Virus record (IMG/VR): IMGVR_UViG_3300044806_000242
Location: 1-37,228 of that record
Reading direction: 5' to 3' (one strand)
Source: a virus
Lineage: Duplodnaviria; Caudoviricetes
Length of the DNA: 37,228 nt
The notes beneath the pieces are model-generated. The model was given only the letters and a program-made list of their open reading frames with translations. It made no database searches and was not told where the DNA came from. Position numbers and translations under genes: made by a program. Below are positions 1 to 8,957 of this stretch, in pieces (within the stretch, counting starts at the first letter, position 1; each line of letters opens with the position of its first letter).

Positions 1-2
1 AA

Positions 3-377
3 GATGAGAGCTATGTCAAGGTTAGGCGGTTCGACAACGGCAAAGTATTTGCGGAGCTTCTTTGGTACGGCGCCATACCTGAGAAGGATGTTAGGAATGT
101 ACTGCCTGAGTTCTACAAGGTTTACTCCCTGATCGTGAAGAACTACAGGGAAGATGGCTCATTGGTCTATGACCCTGCGAGTGGTGAAACTTATCCCGAT
201 GAGAAGTCGGCAATCGCAGGCTATGAAGAGTTTATCTTCAAGCATGGCGAATGTGTGATTGATAACGGCGAGCTGGTGGAGGTCAACAACAAACTCGCAC
301 CACCGCCACCGCCTAACCTCGATGCACCTGCGGAGAAGCCCATTGAGGGGCTTACCGATGATTTCGGGGCTTGGTGA
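3..377 (+). CDS. Hypothetical protein, 5'-truncated by the window edge
   Basis: The frame of ORF 135..377 is open back to position 3; proline-rich acidic C-terminus ending DDFGAW. Confidence 0.6.
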   Translation, partial: DESYVKVRRFDNGKVFAELLWYGAIPEKDVRNVLPEFYKVYSLIVKNYREDGSLVYDPASGETYPDEKSAIAGYEEFIFKHGECVIDNGELVEVNNKLAPPPPPNLDAPAEKPIEGLTDDFGAW

Positions 378-597
378 TGCCTCGACATACGGGGACAAGG
401 CTGAGAAGGGGGTAGGAGTACCCCTTCATGCCGATCCATATTTGCCGTTCCACCGCCAGATGGTGCTCCTGAAACTGACTCAAATCCCCGTTGAATACTA
501 TTGCTATGCCTATATAGCGATGCTATACGCACGCGGGCGCAATTTTAATCAGTTCCTTCATGATGTAACTCCCCTAGTGGATAGCCTGCTTATCATG

Positions 598-626
598 TTG
601 CAAGTCCAATGACGGCTTGTAATACT
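598..626 (+). promoter_or_regulatory. Sigma70-type early promoter (repeat family member)
   Basis: TTGCAA-17 nt-AATACT followed by GATTCTGTCG; near-identical to copies at 3115 and 3653. Confidence 0.7.
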
Positions 627-696
627 GATTCTGTCGTAAAGATAAGCGAATGAATACGCACCGCAGGCAATCTTACAAAGTATCCAATGAAAACCA

Positions 697-725
697 TTGA
701 TACTCCATTCTTCGGTAAGTAACAT
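697..725 (+). promoter_or_regulatory. Sigma70-type promoter for the 803..1582 gene
   Basis: TTGATA-17 nt-TAACAT, then a leader hairpin and a GGAG RBS. Confidence 0.5.
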
Positions 726-802
726 TCAATTATCGCAAATGCGATGCCGTTCCGCAGTTTGCTATTTATATAGTTATTTAACCTTTTATGGAGAATTACA
801 TC

Positions 803-1582
803 ATGGCTAAAAAGAAAGTTCAGGAAGTTGTAGTACACATGGCGGGTCTGAATCCGTCCATCACCGATGACGCTAACTTGGATGCGATGCTCGCTGGCTT
901 GGATGCTGACGAGATCATCGAGGAGAACCACAGCGAGGAAGTGATCGAAGCGGCAGTAGCCGACATCGAGAAAGTCGAAGCTGTCCAGGCGCTCTACAAG
1001 GAAGCTGAGAACGAACCGGCGATTGCCGTAGCTGATACACCGCAGGATGTCGCTGAGAAGCCCGTCAAGGCCAAGAAAGCGAAAGTTGCTAAAGAGCCAA
1101 AAGCTCCGAAGGCACCACGAGTTACTTCCGTGACTCACTTGCCAGGCGACCGCCTGCTTGCATTGCTCGGCGACACAGGTTTCCTCACCTTCTCGATGTC
1201 TGACGATGCCACGACCCAGCTTGCTCGTGCTGAGTCCTTCGTCACCGCAATGAACACCAAAGGCGCTATCGCCGACAAGGTGAAAGAGAAGGCAATCATG
1301 CTCATGACTTGGATCAAGTCGGGCAAGGACGTGAGCGCCCTTAACGATGTGATGAAGCGTGCCTTCACAGTTCTGATTGCTGATGGCGAGCTGACTTCGG
1401 GTAAGGCGGGCAACCTTCAGGCGAATCTTCTGAGCAAGCCCTACAGCGCTGGCACTTCAGCGTCACAGGCTAATCAGATGTTCATGTTGTTCCCGTTGCT
1501 CGGTATTACTCAGCGGGAGAAGGGTCGCATGGTCGCTAATCCCGACAGCGCAATCCTTCAGATCATGAAGGCTCGTATCTAA
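803..1582 (+). CDS. Putative DNA-binding protein (acidic N-terminus, Lys/Pro-rich linker, probable C-terminal winged helix); distant relative of 6987..7589 and 10021..10614
   Basis: GGAG RBS before ATG 803; C-terminal YSAGTSASQANQMFMLFPLLGI resembles CSEGTASTQASSTRMMLRALGI. Confidence 0.7.
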   Translation: MAKKKVQEVVVHMAGLNPSITDDANLDAMLAGLDADEIIEENHSEEVIEAAVADIEKVEAVQALYKEAENEPAIAVADTPQDVAEKPVKAKKAKVAKEPKAPKAPRVTSVTHLPGDRLLALLGDTGFLTFSMSDDATTQLARAESFVTAMNTKGAIADKVKEKAIMLMTWIKSGKDVSALNDVMKRAFTVLIADGELTSGKAGNLQANLLSKPYSAGTSASQANQMFMLFPLLGITQREKGRMVANPDSAILQIMKARI

Positions 1583-1590
1583 GTAGGTCT

Positions 1591-1611
1591 GATGGGGCTT
1601 CGTGCCCCATC
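1591..1611 (+). terminator. Hairpin after the 803..1582 gene
   Basis: GATGGGGC-TTCGT-GCCCCATC; no U-tail. Confidence 0.4.
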
Positions 1612-1668
1612 AATCACCTGACTCTTGGCAACAGGGGTCAAATGATTGATACAGAACAGGAGAAGAAT

Positions 1669-2043
1669 ATGTCTGCATTGGATTTGTCTCAACTTGCCAC
1701 ACTCAGCAATGATTCCTTGACCAAGCTCAAGCAGGAGTGTTCGCTACTTCTGCGTAAGCGGAGTTGCAAAGTAGGCGCTGTTGCTACCTTCATGGATAAG
1801 TCGGGTAACAAGCGATACATCAGGATTACGGGTGTCAATCCCAAGACCGTTTCAGGCGTTGAAGTTGACGGCCTGACACACGCACCCAAGACAGGTAAGT
1901 GGCGAGTGTCGCACGACTGCCTGACACCGCTTGCAGAGGGCGTAATTGGAAGAGAAGTTACCTTCGCACCAAAGGAAGAGGCTGAGAGAGATACGGCACC
2001 CTCCGCTCATACAATCACAACGGCGGTAGACGACGCCTGGTAA
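1669..2043 (+). CDS. Hypothetical protein
   Basis: AGGAG RBS before ATG 1669; followed by a terminator. Confidence 0.7.
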   Translation: MSALDLSQLATLSNDSLTKLKQECSLLLRKRSCKVGAVATFMDKSGNKRYIRITGVNPKTVSGVEVDGLTHAPKTGKWRVSHDCLTPLAEGVIGREVTFAPKEEAERDTAPSAHTITTAVDDAW

Positions 2044-2067
2044 AAGTTTTTGCTTGCTTTAGTCCTT

Positions 2068-2095
2068 TGGGGAGCCTTCGGGTTCCCCTTTTTTG
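2068..2095 (+). terminator. Rho-independent terminator
   Basis: GGGGAGCC-TTCG-GGTTCCCC followed by a T run. Confidence 0.85.
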
Positions 2096-2317
2096 TGACC
2101 ACGCAATCCTAGGAATGACTCATAAACGAGTCCTTAACCCCCTTAATGACTCATATATGAATCATTGACAGTTTTATGCCTTGTACTGCCTGCCAGCAAA
2201 ACCGCTTGGCCTGCTCTAGGAAAGAATGGTTAATACCTGAGCATACCTTTATCAAACAAATGCGAGGCCAAGCGTTTAAATCGGTCTGTCTCACCACATT
2301 GGAGACTTCATAGGGAT

Positions 2318-2360
2318 AAGTCACGGATGACTTGTAACCCCAATAATGGCTTGCGATACT
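2318..2360 (+). promoter_or_regulatory. Operator palindrome overlapping an early promoter
   Basis: AAGTCACGGATGACTT (2318-2333) overlaps TTGTAA-17 nt-GATACT, followed by GAATTTGTCG. Confidence 0.7.
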
Positions 2361-2393
2361 GAATTTGTCGTAAATAACAGCTAAGGCAAACAA

Positions 2394-2678
2394 ATGAAAA
2401 CTATTTGGGAAACAAGACAATCAGTACTTGAAGCCATGTATCCGAAAGCATGGTTCAAGCTGGGTGAGGAGTTCGGTTCAGGCCATGTTAATTCGCTATG
2501 GTCGGGAGAGGGTTCTGAAATGTATGACGAGGAGTATGAGTTTGATGTTCCTCTTTTTAACTATTACGGCTATCAAGACACTTTGGGTATTAACCCTAAG
2601 TTCTTGAATACGCTTCAGGATATGGGTCTGTGGGCAGAGTTCTATGATGCAGGAACCGTATTCATTTACGAACTATAA
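2394..2678 (+). CDS. Small acidic phage protein
   Basis: ORF directly downstream of the promoter; AAGG RBS; ends WAEFYDAGTVFIYEL. Confidence 0.75.
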   Translation: MKTIWETRQSVLEAMYPKAWFKLGEEFGSGHVNSLWSGEGSEMYDEEYEFDVPLFNYYGYQDTLGINPKFLNTLQDMGLWAEFYDAGTVFIYEL

Positions 2679-2689
2679 GGAGAAATAAT

Positions 2690-3094
2690 ATGTCAGCATT
2701 TATGTGTACGGATGAACATATCAGCGCCATCATTGAGTATGGAGCTTTGATTGGTTGTGCCATGTACGATGTCGATGGAGCGTCCCTCGAGTTTAAAGGC
2801 AACGAGAAGAATCTTGCCCAGCGCCTCAAGGACGCCAACACTCAGTCAATCAACGCCCGTTATAACGAGGCGGGCACCCTAGAGAAGATTAAGTATGTCC
2901 AGCGAGCCGAATCTGAGTGGGCGGCATTTCCCTACGAAGCTCTCCAAATCATCAAACTCTGCGATTGTTTCAACTATCAGGCGTGTGAAGTGGAGAAGTA
3001 CGAGAACACCGAAGCCTTCCGCATTGTGGAGACAGTCAAGAGCTGGGCTTGCAGGCGTCTCGATGGTTACGATGAAGCTGAGTGGGCAATTTAA
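2690..3094 (+). CDS. Conserved-looking phage hypothetical protein
   Basis: AGGAG RBS; MSAF...N..SINARY...KLCDCFNYQACE...YDEAEW pattern typical of a phage accessory family. Confidence 0.8.
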   Translation: MSAFMCTDEHISAIIEYGALIGCAMYDVDGASLEFKGNEKNLAQRLKDANTQSINARYNEAGTLEKIKYVQRAESEWAAFPYEALQIIKLCDCFNYQACEVEKYENTEAFRIVETVKSWACRRLDGYDEAEWAI

Positions 3095-3114
3095 AGGGGA
3101 GTTCTCAGGCAGTG

Positions 3115-3143
3115 TTGCAAGTCCTGTAACGGCTTGTAATACT
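3115..3143 (+). promoter_or_regulatory. Sigma70-type early promoter (repeat family)
   Basis: TTGCAA-17 nt-AATACT then GAATTTGTCGGTTATGACA. Confidence 0.75.
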
Positions 3144-3184
3144 GAATTTGTCGGTTATGACACCTAATTTTTAAGGAGTATCAA

Positions 3185-3352
3185 ATGGGACTGGATCAAT
3201 ATTGTTTTGCATTCCTGCGTGACGATTGTACTGAAGGCGATGACGGCTACCTTGTACCGAAGCCTGAAGATCAGCGTAAGGGCGAACTGGAGGAAGTTGG
3301 CTACTGGCGCAGGGCAACTATGGCTGTGTGGAGATGCAATACAGAAAGATAG
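3185..3352 (+). pseudogene. Truncated MGLDQY...YWR-type phage protein (55 aa; absent from the ORF track)
   Basis: AAGGAG RBS; reads MGLDQYCFAF...EEVGYWRR and stops shortly after. Confidence 0.5.
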
Positions 3353-3557
3353 GCGAGAGGGATTGGGCAACGCTGTGAAAGGCACATTCCACAAATCATG
3401 CAACTGCTCCCAATGTAGACGGGGCAGGAACCATGAGAAGAGGAATCTGAACGAACGCAAACTCAGGCGTATGACCAAGAAGCAACTTCGGGACTTCCTA
3501 AAGAAGCTCACCGAAGATGTGGATGTTCATCCGATCTCTTCACCCTACACCGACTGA
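3310..3557 (+). pseudogene. 3' part of a basic CxCxxC protein with no convincing start
   Basis: C-terminal part of ORF 3207..3557 (KSCNCSQCRRGR...); its 5' part overlaps the MGLDQY ORF out of frame. Confidence 0.4.
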
Positions 3558-3652
3558 ATGGAGATTTATGCTCATAACGATTATTTGTTGCGTCCTATAC
3601 AGAATGGTATTTGGACATAACAAGTGGTAACAGAAATTCCCAATGAACTGTG

Positions 3653-3681
3653 TTGCAAGTCCTGTCAAGGCTTGTAATACT
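3653..3681 (+). promoter_or_regulatory. Sigma70-type early promoter (repeat family)
   Basis: TTGCAA-17 nt-AATACT then GAATTTATCG. Confidence 0.75.
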
Positions 3682-3717
3682 GAATTTATCGAAAGCACTT
3701 ATGCGAAGGATAAGAAA

Positions 3718-3906
3718 ATGACAGCAAAACAAATCGACTCCGTTGTGAACGCTATGTTCCACAGGATCGCAAGCGGTATCCAATTCGACATCATGGTCTT
3801 GGGCAAGATCAGCAACTCTGCCAAGAGCGTGCTCGTTGCGGGCGGTACGGAGGCAGATGCCGAAGTAGCTATGCAGGCAGCAATCGCTAAGTACAGGGAG
3901 AACTGA
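3718..3906 (+). CDS. Small hypothetical protein (62 aa)
   Basis: AAGGA RBS before ATG 3718; the upstream extension in the ORF track is promoter sequence. Confidence 0.7.
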   Translation: MTAKQIDSVVNAMFHRIASGIQFDIMVLGKISNSAKSVLVAGGTEADAEVAMQAAIAKYREN

Positions 3907-3909
3907 TCC

Positions 3910-4197
3910 ATGTTCAAAGTCATCATCACCACTGTAGGCAATCCCGACTACAACCAAGACCCTGATCGGCCACTCTGGGGTGTGCCTGAAGGTGAGGCGT
4001 TGGATGCACCGACTCTCGAGGCGTTGGTCGAGAAGGTCAGAGAGTTCCAAGACGACTACGACATCGGTGGCGGTAACTGGAGTCTTTGCCGAGTGTTCAA
4101 GGCGGAGAAACTGATTGGCTTCATGTCCTATAACGGTCGTGTATGGGATCGTGAACGATGGGACAAGGATGCGGTTGAATATAAGGAGGGTGTATGA
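3910..4197 (+). CDS. Phage hypothetical protein
   Basis: GNPD..QDP, GGGNW and SYNGRVW motifs; tightly coupled to its neighbours. Confidence 0.8.
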   Translation: MFKVIITTVGNPDYNQDPDRPLWGVPEGEALDAPTLEALVEKVREFQDDYDIGGGNWSLCRVFKAEKLIGFMSYNGRVWDRERWDKDAVEYKEGV

Positions 4198-4439
4198 AGG
4201 AGTTTCGCGTTTACACGGACGAGCAGATCAAGGTTTGGCAACGAGTAGGACTTGTCATTCGAGCAGATAGTGAGCAGGCGGTTCAAGCGATTCTCAATGA
4301 CCCTAAACTGTTCGAGCAGGCGATGGCTGAGGGTCAAATCGAATACAACGGAGAGGTCGACCCCTACTGGGACACGGAAGACCACCTCGATTGGGAGCAT
4401 GACGCTCCAACCATTAACGAAATGAAGGAGACCGCATGA
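4194..4439 (+). CDS. Small acidic protein
   Basis: GGAGG RBS; ATGA overlap. Confidence 0.75.
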   Translation: MKEFRVYTDEQIKVWQRVGLVIRADSEQAVQAILNDPKLFEQAMAEGQIEYNGEVDPYWDTEDHLDWEHDAPTINEMKETA

Positions 4440-4609
4440 AGATTACTTTGGAGCTAACGACTCAACAGGCGGCTTTGCTCGAGGATGCCGTCAATGCCGA
4501 GATCAACAAGGGCAAAGGCACATTCCTATCTGACAACGACATCAAGGAGCTGAGTCAGATAGGGCACACCCTGAATGTTCAGCTACTACAGGCTCAGGGG
4601 GTCGCATGA
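4436..4609 (+). CDS. Small hypothetical protein (57 aa, MKITLELTTQQ...; absent from the ORF track)
   Basis: AAGGAG RBS; ATGA overlaps at both ends. Confidence 0.7.
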   Translation: MKITLELTTQQAALLEDAVNAEINKGKGTFLSDNDIKELSQIGHTLNVQLLQAQGVA

Positions 4610-4776
4610 AAAAGGAATATGTAGTCGTATATGGAGATGAGTCGGAAGAACGAATCCATGCCGAGAGCTTGCAGGATGTCTGTGCAATCTTGCGTCAGGC
4701 AGATAAGCCCCGTGCCCCTGTAAGAATCTTCCAAGTGGTGACTCGACAAGAACTGATTTGGAGAAAAGAAGAATGA
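4606..4776 (+). CDS. Small hypothetical protein (56 aa, MKKEYVVVYG...; absent from the ORF track)
   Basis: ATGA overlaps at both ends. Confidence 0.65.
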   Translation: MKKEYVVVYGDESEERIHAESLQDVCAILRQADKPRAPVRIFQVVTRQELIWRKEE

Positions 4777-5120
4777 AGATGCAGATTGAGAAGTGCCTAA
4801 AAACTGAATTTCAGATACCAAATGGACAGCCAGGCGAACGGCGTATCTACATCATGCCCTATGTCGGTAACATGACTAAGGGCAAGATCGACCAAGTGGC
4901 ACGCTCCCTGAAAAGTCAACTCTTGGACGATGGCTGGCTGGATGCAGGCGAGGGCATGGTGGTCGAACTCGCCAGGCATTTGGAGAGTTCTTGGTACACG
5001 GGCAAAGAGCGCCAAGTCACGGTGGAGCTGAATAGTGCCGGCAGGATAGATGTACTCGGTCAGGGCTGGATGTGTGCAAACTACCCGCCTGACCAAGTAA
5101 GAGTATTGGCTTGTTCATAG
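4773..5120 (+). CDS. Hypothetical protein
   Basis: ATGA overlap with the preceding ORF. Confidence 0.7.
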   Translation: MKMQIEKCLKTEFQIPNGQPGERRIYIMPYVGNMTKGKIDQVARSLKSQLLDDGWLDAGEGMVVELARHLESSWYTGKERQVTVELNSAGRIDVLGQGWMCANYPPDQVRVLACS

Positions 5121-5138
5121 GGTAGATGATTGGAACGA

Positions 5139-5167
5139 TTGCTACTCCTATGTGTGCGGTTTATTCT
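5139..5167 (+). promoter_or_regulatory. Sigma70-type promoter (divergent family member)
   Basis: TTGCTA-17 nt-TATTCT then GAATATGT. Confidence 0.55.
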
Positions 5168-5245
5168 GAATATGTAGCAACGATTAACTAAACGGAGATA
5201 CCACTTATGGGTGCAACTACATTTTGTATTACAGGAGGAAGAATC

Positions 5246-5407
5246 ATGACAGTCGGCGAGCTAATCGAGGCGTTACAGAGTGCCCCGCCAAGCGCAGAAA
5301 TATCCATGTACACGCATGGTGGACAAATCAGATATTCGGTAGTTGGAATCTACTACGACAACGAGAACTCCGAATGTCAACTTGACATAGGGGAGGTAGA
5401 AGAATGA
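5246..5407 (+). CDS. Small MTVGELIEAL-type phage protein
   Basis: AGGAGG RBS before ATG 5246. Confidence 0.7.
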   Translation: MTVGELIEALQSAPPSAEISMYTHGGQIRYSVVGIYYDNENSECQLDIGEVEE

Positions 5408-5790
5408 AAACTAAGCCAATGAAGCCAAGAATCAAGAAACTGTGGATTGAGGCGTTACGCTCAGGCGAATACCAACAGGCGCAAGGCGTACTCAGAGATA
5501 AGGATAACAAGTTCTGCTGTTTAGGCGTTTTGTGCAACATTCACGCCCAAAAGAACAAAGCCAAAGCCCGCACGCAAACCGACCCTAACTTCTACTTTGG
5601 CAAAGACGATGTTCTGCCAGTAGAAGTGGCGGACTGGGCAGGACTCAAAGCAGTGAATCCCCAAATCGAAGATTATGGCACTTATCATGGTGGATACAGC
5701 CCGTCACTCGGAGAGCTAAATGATGGACTGTTCGATGGACGAATTCGCACCTTCAACGAGATAGCGGACATCATCGAAAAGCACCTGTAG
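5404..5790 (+). CDS. Conserved-looking phage protein (WIEALRSGEY...CCLGVLC...FNEIADIIE)
   Basis: GGAGG RBS; motif pattern common in phage accessory genes. Confidence 0.8.
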   Translation: MKTKPMKPRIKKLWIEALRSGEYQQAQGVLRDKDNKFCCLGVLCNIHAQKNKAKARTQTDPNFYFGKDDVLPVEVADWAGLKAVNPQIEDYGTYHGGYSPSLGELNDGLFDGRIRTFNEIADIIEKHL

Positions 5791-5800
5791 GCGTACTACA

Positions 5801-5838
5801 AAATAGGGACAGAGTGAGCAATCATCCTGTCCCATTTT
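5801..5838 (+). terminator. Probable terminator
   Basis: GGGACAG...CTGTCCC stem followed by ATTTT. Confidence 0.55.
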
Positions 5839-6355
5839 CTCCCACTAAATACCATTCCTAGGCGTTTTTCAACCTTATAGGAACGATACACGAATCTGTC
5901 CCCATTTACACCTTTGTAACCCTATGATTCTAAAGGCATTTCTACCTATAAGCATCCCCTATAAGGTTTCATTCTAACTATAAGCCAACTATAAGAATAG
6001 GGAAGAATGTATAAGGTTAATTGAACTATCACGAAATAGACCACAGGCAAGACACCAAAACCAGCTCAGAAGCGATCCAAACCGCTAAGACATAGACGAA
6101 CCTATCAACGACCCCCAAAACGCTCAAAAGCTCATTAAAGACCTCCCCTAGATCAGCTACCAAATTAACATACGGGAGCAAAGCTGGAAACAGCAATAGG
6201 AGATAGGGCAGAGATACATACGGCTATGGAAAGAAGAATAAGAACTAGGAAACGATCACGAACACGGAGAACAACGAATAGGCTGTAAAGATCAATAACA
6301 ATAGGAAAGCTGTATAGGAGATAGAACAACTAGGCGTAAGGGTAGGTATAAGGTT

Positions 6356-6467
6356 AAAAAGGAAGAACAAAAGGGGGAGGAATAAAGGGGGAAGAACAAA
6401 AGGGGGGGAACAAAAGGGGGGGAAGAATAAAAAGAAGGGAAGAATAAAAAGAAGGGAAATAAAGGGG
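6356..6467 (+). repeat. Polypurine tandem repeat GAA(C/T)AAAAGGGGG-like
   Basis: About 110 nt of almost only A/G with alternating A and G runs. Confidence 0.85.
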
Positions 6468-6539
6468 TTTGTAGTGCCGAGTTTTTTCTTCGCCACCTTC
6501 CACATAACCTTATACAAAACTTTCCTGTCACAGACTACA

Positions 6540-6683
6540 ATGACGCCTATGGAAACGATCATCATCAAACCCCCTAGGCGTAAGGCTCGTATCGGCGTTC
6601 TTCCTACTCGCAAAGAGAAGTCGAAGAAAGATAGGGAGCGTGAACGCAAGCCTAAGCACCCCAAAAAAGAGGTTGATGCCTAG
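6540..6683 (+). CDS. Small very basic protein (MTPMETIIIKPPRRKAR...)
   Basis: K/R-rich 47 aa ORF; weak RBS. Confidence 0.45.
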   Translation: MTPMETIIIKPPRRKARIGVLPTRKEKSKKDRERERKPKHPKKEVDA

Positions 6684-6887
6684 GGATACGGCTGAGTGGC
6701 TGGTTTGTCGACTAGGCGTTTTCCTGCTCGCCGTGGGATTGCCCTATAAGTTTTGACATCCATTCCCCTATAAGGTTTTGCCTGAAAAAGTATCTCCCTA
6801 GGGGAAAAGTATGAATTTCACCCCCAGGCGTATATAGGAGGGTTCCAAAGCTGGCATTCCGCCCTATAAGATTCCCTGCTATAAGTA

Positions 6888-6916
6888 TTGCTTGTCCTGT
6901 TATCCCGTCATACAAT
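6888..6916 (+). promoter_or_regulatory. Sigma70-type promoter
   Basis: TTGCTT-17 nt-TACAAT, then leader hairpin TTATCGGA...TTCGATAA. Confidence 0.7.
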
Positions 6917-6986
6917 GTAGTTATCGGATCACTTATGACATTTTGTCGGATTCGATAATTATTTAACCTATATATAAGGAAGCAAA

Positions 6987-7589
6987 ATGAAAAAATCATT
7001 CAATGTTGAAAAAGCCCAAGCCGGTATCATCGAGGCTATCACCCATCGTATTACTCATGCGGACAACGACAACCAGGCGGACAACCTTAGAACGGAACTT
7101 AAGTTCTTCTCAGGCGAGCATGCCGCAGGGGTTTTGAAGTTGGCTTCTAACTATGAGATCGACTTTGCAGGGTTGGCGAAATCCATCAAGGTGCTCCGCA
7201 ACGAATCGAAGGAAGCCTTCCTCGCCGTGTACGCTCTCCAGAAAGTTCGTAAAGCCCTTTACGCCCTTGCTCAAGGTTCCAAGTCGGGTTTCGATGGCTA
7301 CACGAACTCCATCCTGTTTAACTTGGCAGCGTTGCAACACATCAACAACAAGGAAGGCCGTATGGCGCTGTGTAAGGCTATTGAGTACACGGAACTTGAG
7401 CAGGTTCAGGGGATTAAACGCCTTCTTAACTGTTCGGAGGGGACGGCTTCTACCCAGGCTTCTTCCACCCGCATGATGTTGCGTGCGTTGGGAATCGCCA
7501 ATGTCACCAAGCAGAAAACAGGCGATACGATCAGTTTCACAGATTCGCCTGCGGCTGCCGCCGTGGTAACGATGTACGCAGGAAAGTAA
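6987..7589 (+). CDS. Putative DNA-binding protein, paralog A (TASTQASS family)
   Basis: AAGGA RBS; roughly half of residues identical to 10021..10614 by eye; own promoter and terminator. Confidence 0.85.
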   Translation: MKKSFNVEKAQAGIIEAITHRITHADNDNQADNLRTELKFFSGEHAAGVLKLASNYEIDFAGLAKSIKVLRNESKEAFLAVYALQKVRKALYALAQGSKSGFDGYTNSILFNLAALQHINNKEGRMALCKAIEYTELEQVQGIKRLLNCSEGTASTQASSTRMMLRALGIANVTKQKTGDTISFTDSPAAAAVVTMYAGK

Positions 7590-7611
7590 GTCAGTAGGGA
7601 CGATATACGGG

Positions 7612-7634
7612 AGGGCTCCTGCGGGAGCCTTTTT
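7612..7634 (+). terminator. Rho-independent terminator
   Basis: GGCTCCT-GC-GGGAGCC-type stem followed by TTTTT. Confidence 0.75.
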
Positions 7635-8062
7635 GTATGGGTACATAGCTTCCTAGGGGAGGGTGAATATGGATGAAAACCATCCTCGTTTAGCCATTGA
7701 GGATACGGATCACTCTCATCCTCACCCGTAATGCGGACAAGGATCATCCTCATCTCGGCCTCCTAGGAGTTTCGTAAGTCGCCGGCGTCCAGGCTCGGAC
7801 AATGGGTGCATGGGCGCGGAAGCTACGCCTTCCTCTACGGGTCGCCTCCTGGCATTGCCTAGGCGTGGCCGCCTACGGCTGGGCTCCTGGCAAAACGGCT
7901 TTTCCTAGTAAACCATGCTCCTAGGCGTTTTACTGGGAAAATGTATATAAATCAGGCATTTAACATACTTTCCTGCACATTAACATACACCATGTTACAT
8001 GCCTAGGAAGAATGTCTTTCTAGGGTAAGTGAAAATACATGAAAGATCGCCTGTATTTTTGC

Positions 8063-8112
8063 TTGAAAGTCCAATACCGCATTTCTATACTGTATTTAGT
8101 CGCTTATGACTA
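8063..8112 (+). promoter_or_regulatory. Promoter plus operator-like palindrome
   Basis: TTGAAA-17 nt-TATACT; TAGTCGCTTATGACTA at 8097-8112. Confidence 0.75.
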
Positions 8113-8133
8113 ATAACTTTAAGAAAGCAAAAA

Positions 8134-8442
8134 ATGACACCTAATCAAAAAAACATTATTGAAAATTACGATGAATTACAAGACGGTTCCTTTTTGATTC
8201 TCGGTCAAGGTCGCATTGTTCTTGATATGAGCATTTATAGTCGAACCAAAGGTGATTCCTATGAATTCGTACATGAGGTTGTTATCTATAAAGCTAAAAG
8301 CGAAATCACTGAATATATGAATTTTTCGTACATAGATGGTATTTCCTATAAAGATTATGAAGAGTTGGAAACGCGCTATTTTGACACTCGCAGTGAGGTC
8401 TTGGAATTGATCTCAGAATACCTTAGCGAAACGCACTTCTAA
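8134..8442 (+). CDS. Small acidic hypothetical protein
   Basis: AT-rich ORF directly downstream of the promoter. Confidence 0.75.
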   Translation: MTPNQKNIIENYDELQDGSFLILGQGRIVLDMSIYSRTKGDSYEFVHEVVIYKAKSEITEYMNFSYIDGISYKDYEELETRYFDTRSEVLELISEYLSETHF

Positions 8443-8662
8443 GTCCAAGCAAGTCACGCAACGGTTCCAAACCGTTGTCTTTTGGTGTTTCCTAGGAAGC
8501 AGATTTACCCCTAGGCATTTCCTATGGCTGTCCTCCTGAGAATTGCCGCCTAGGATTTTGTACCAGGCGATTTGGACATAGGCATTTGCGGATTTTGCCC
8601 TAGGCGATTTGCTCCTAGGCATTCCTAGGCGGTTAAAAATAAAAAATAGCCTGTGTTTTTGC

Positions 8663-8711
8663 TTGATTTGCCTATAATCGGTATTTATACTGAATTTAGT
8701 CAATTTTGACT
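8663..8711 (+). promoter_or_regulatory. Promoter plus operator palindrome
   Basis: TTGATT-17 nt-TATACT; AGTCAATTTTGACT at 8698-8711; upstream context resembles that of the 8063 promoter. Confidence 0.75.
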
Positions 8712-8735
8712 CTACTTATTAAAGAGAGGTTTACC

Positions 8736-8957
8736 GTGGTCAATATTAAAATCACATCCTACGAAGAAGCAGACGATACTTTTCAAGTTGAAATCCATCA
8801 TGACAGCCTAGAAACGAATACCATCGGTTCTCTACCAGCAATGATTGTTCCTTATATCGCTAAAGCACTTTGCGATGAGTGTGAAGATTTGCCCTACGAT
8901 TTGATTGGTCAAAGCTTCACACTTGAAGATAACGCCTATAAGCTGTCTTCAGTCTAA
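8736..8957 (+). CDS. Small acidic hypothetical protein
   Basis: AGAGG RBS before GTG 8736. Confidence 0.7.
   Translation: MVNIKITSYEEADDTFQVEIHHDSLETNTIGSLPAMIVPYIAKALCDECEDLPYDLIGQSFTLEDNAYKLSSV

Larger units (their letters stand above)
5946..6885 (+). repeat. Two clusters of CTATAAG heptamers
   Basis: Copies at 5946, 5959, 5978, 5989 and 6744, 6768, 6864, 6879; GTATAAGG variants at 6009 and 6346. Confidence 0.8.

Noticed and set aside
259-612. 117 aa ORF
   Set aside because: Overlaps the preceding gene out of frame, has no RBS and runs into the promoter repeat.
6245-6664. Minus-strand Phe/Pro/Leu-rich ORFs that look like membrane proteins
   Set aside because: Artefacts of translating the complement of the polypurine tract.
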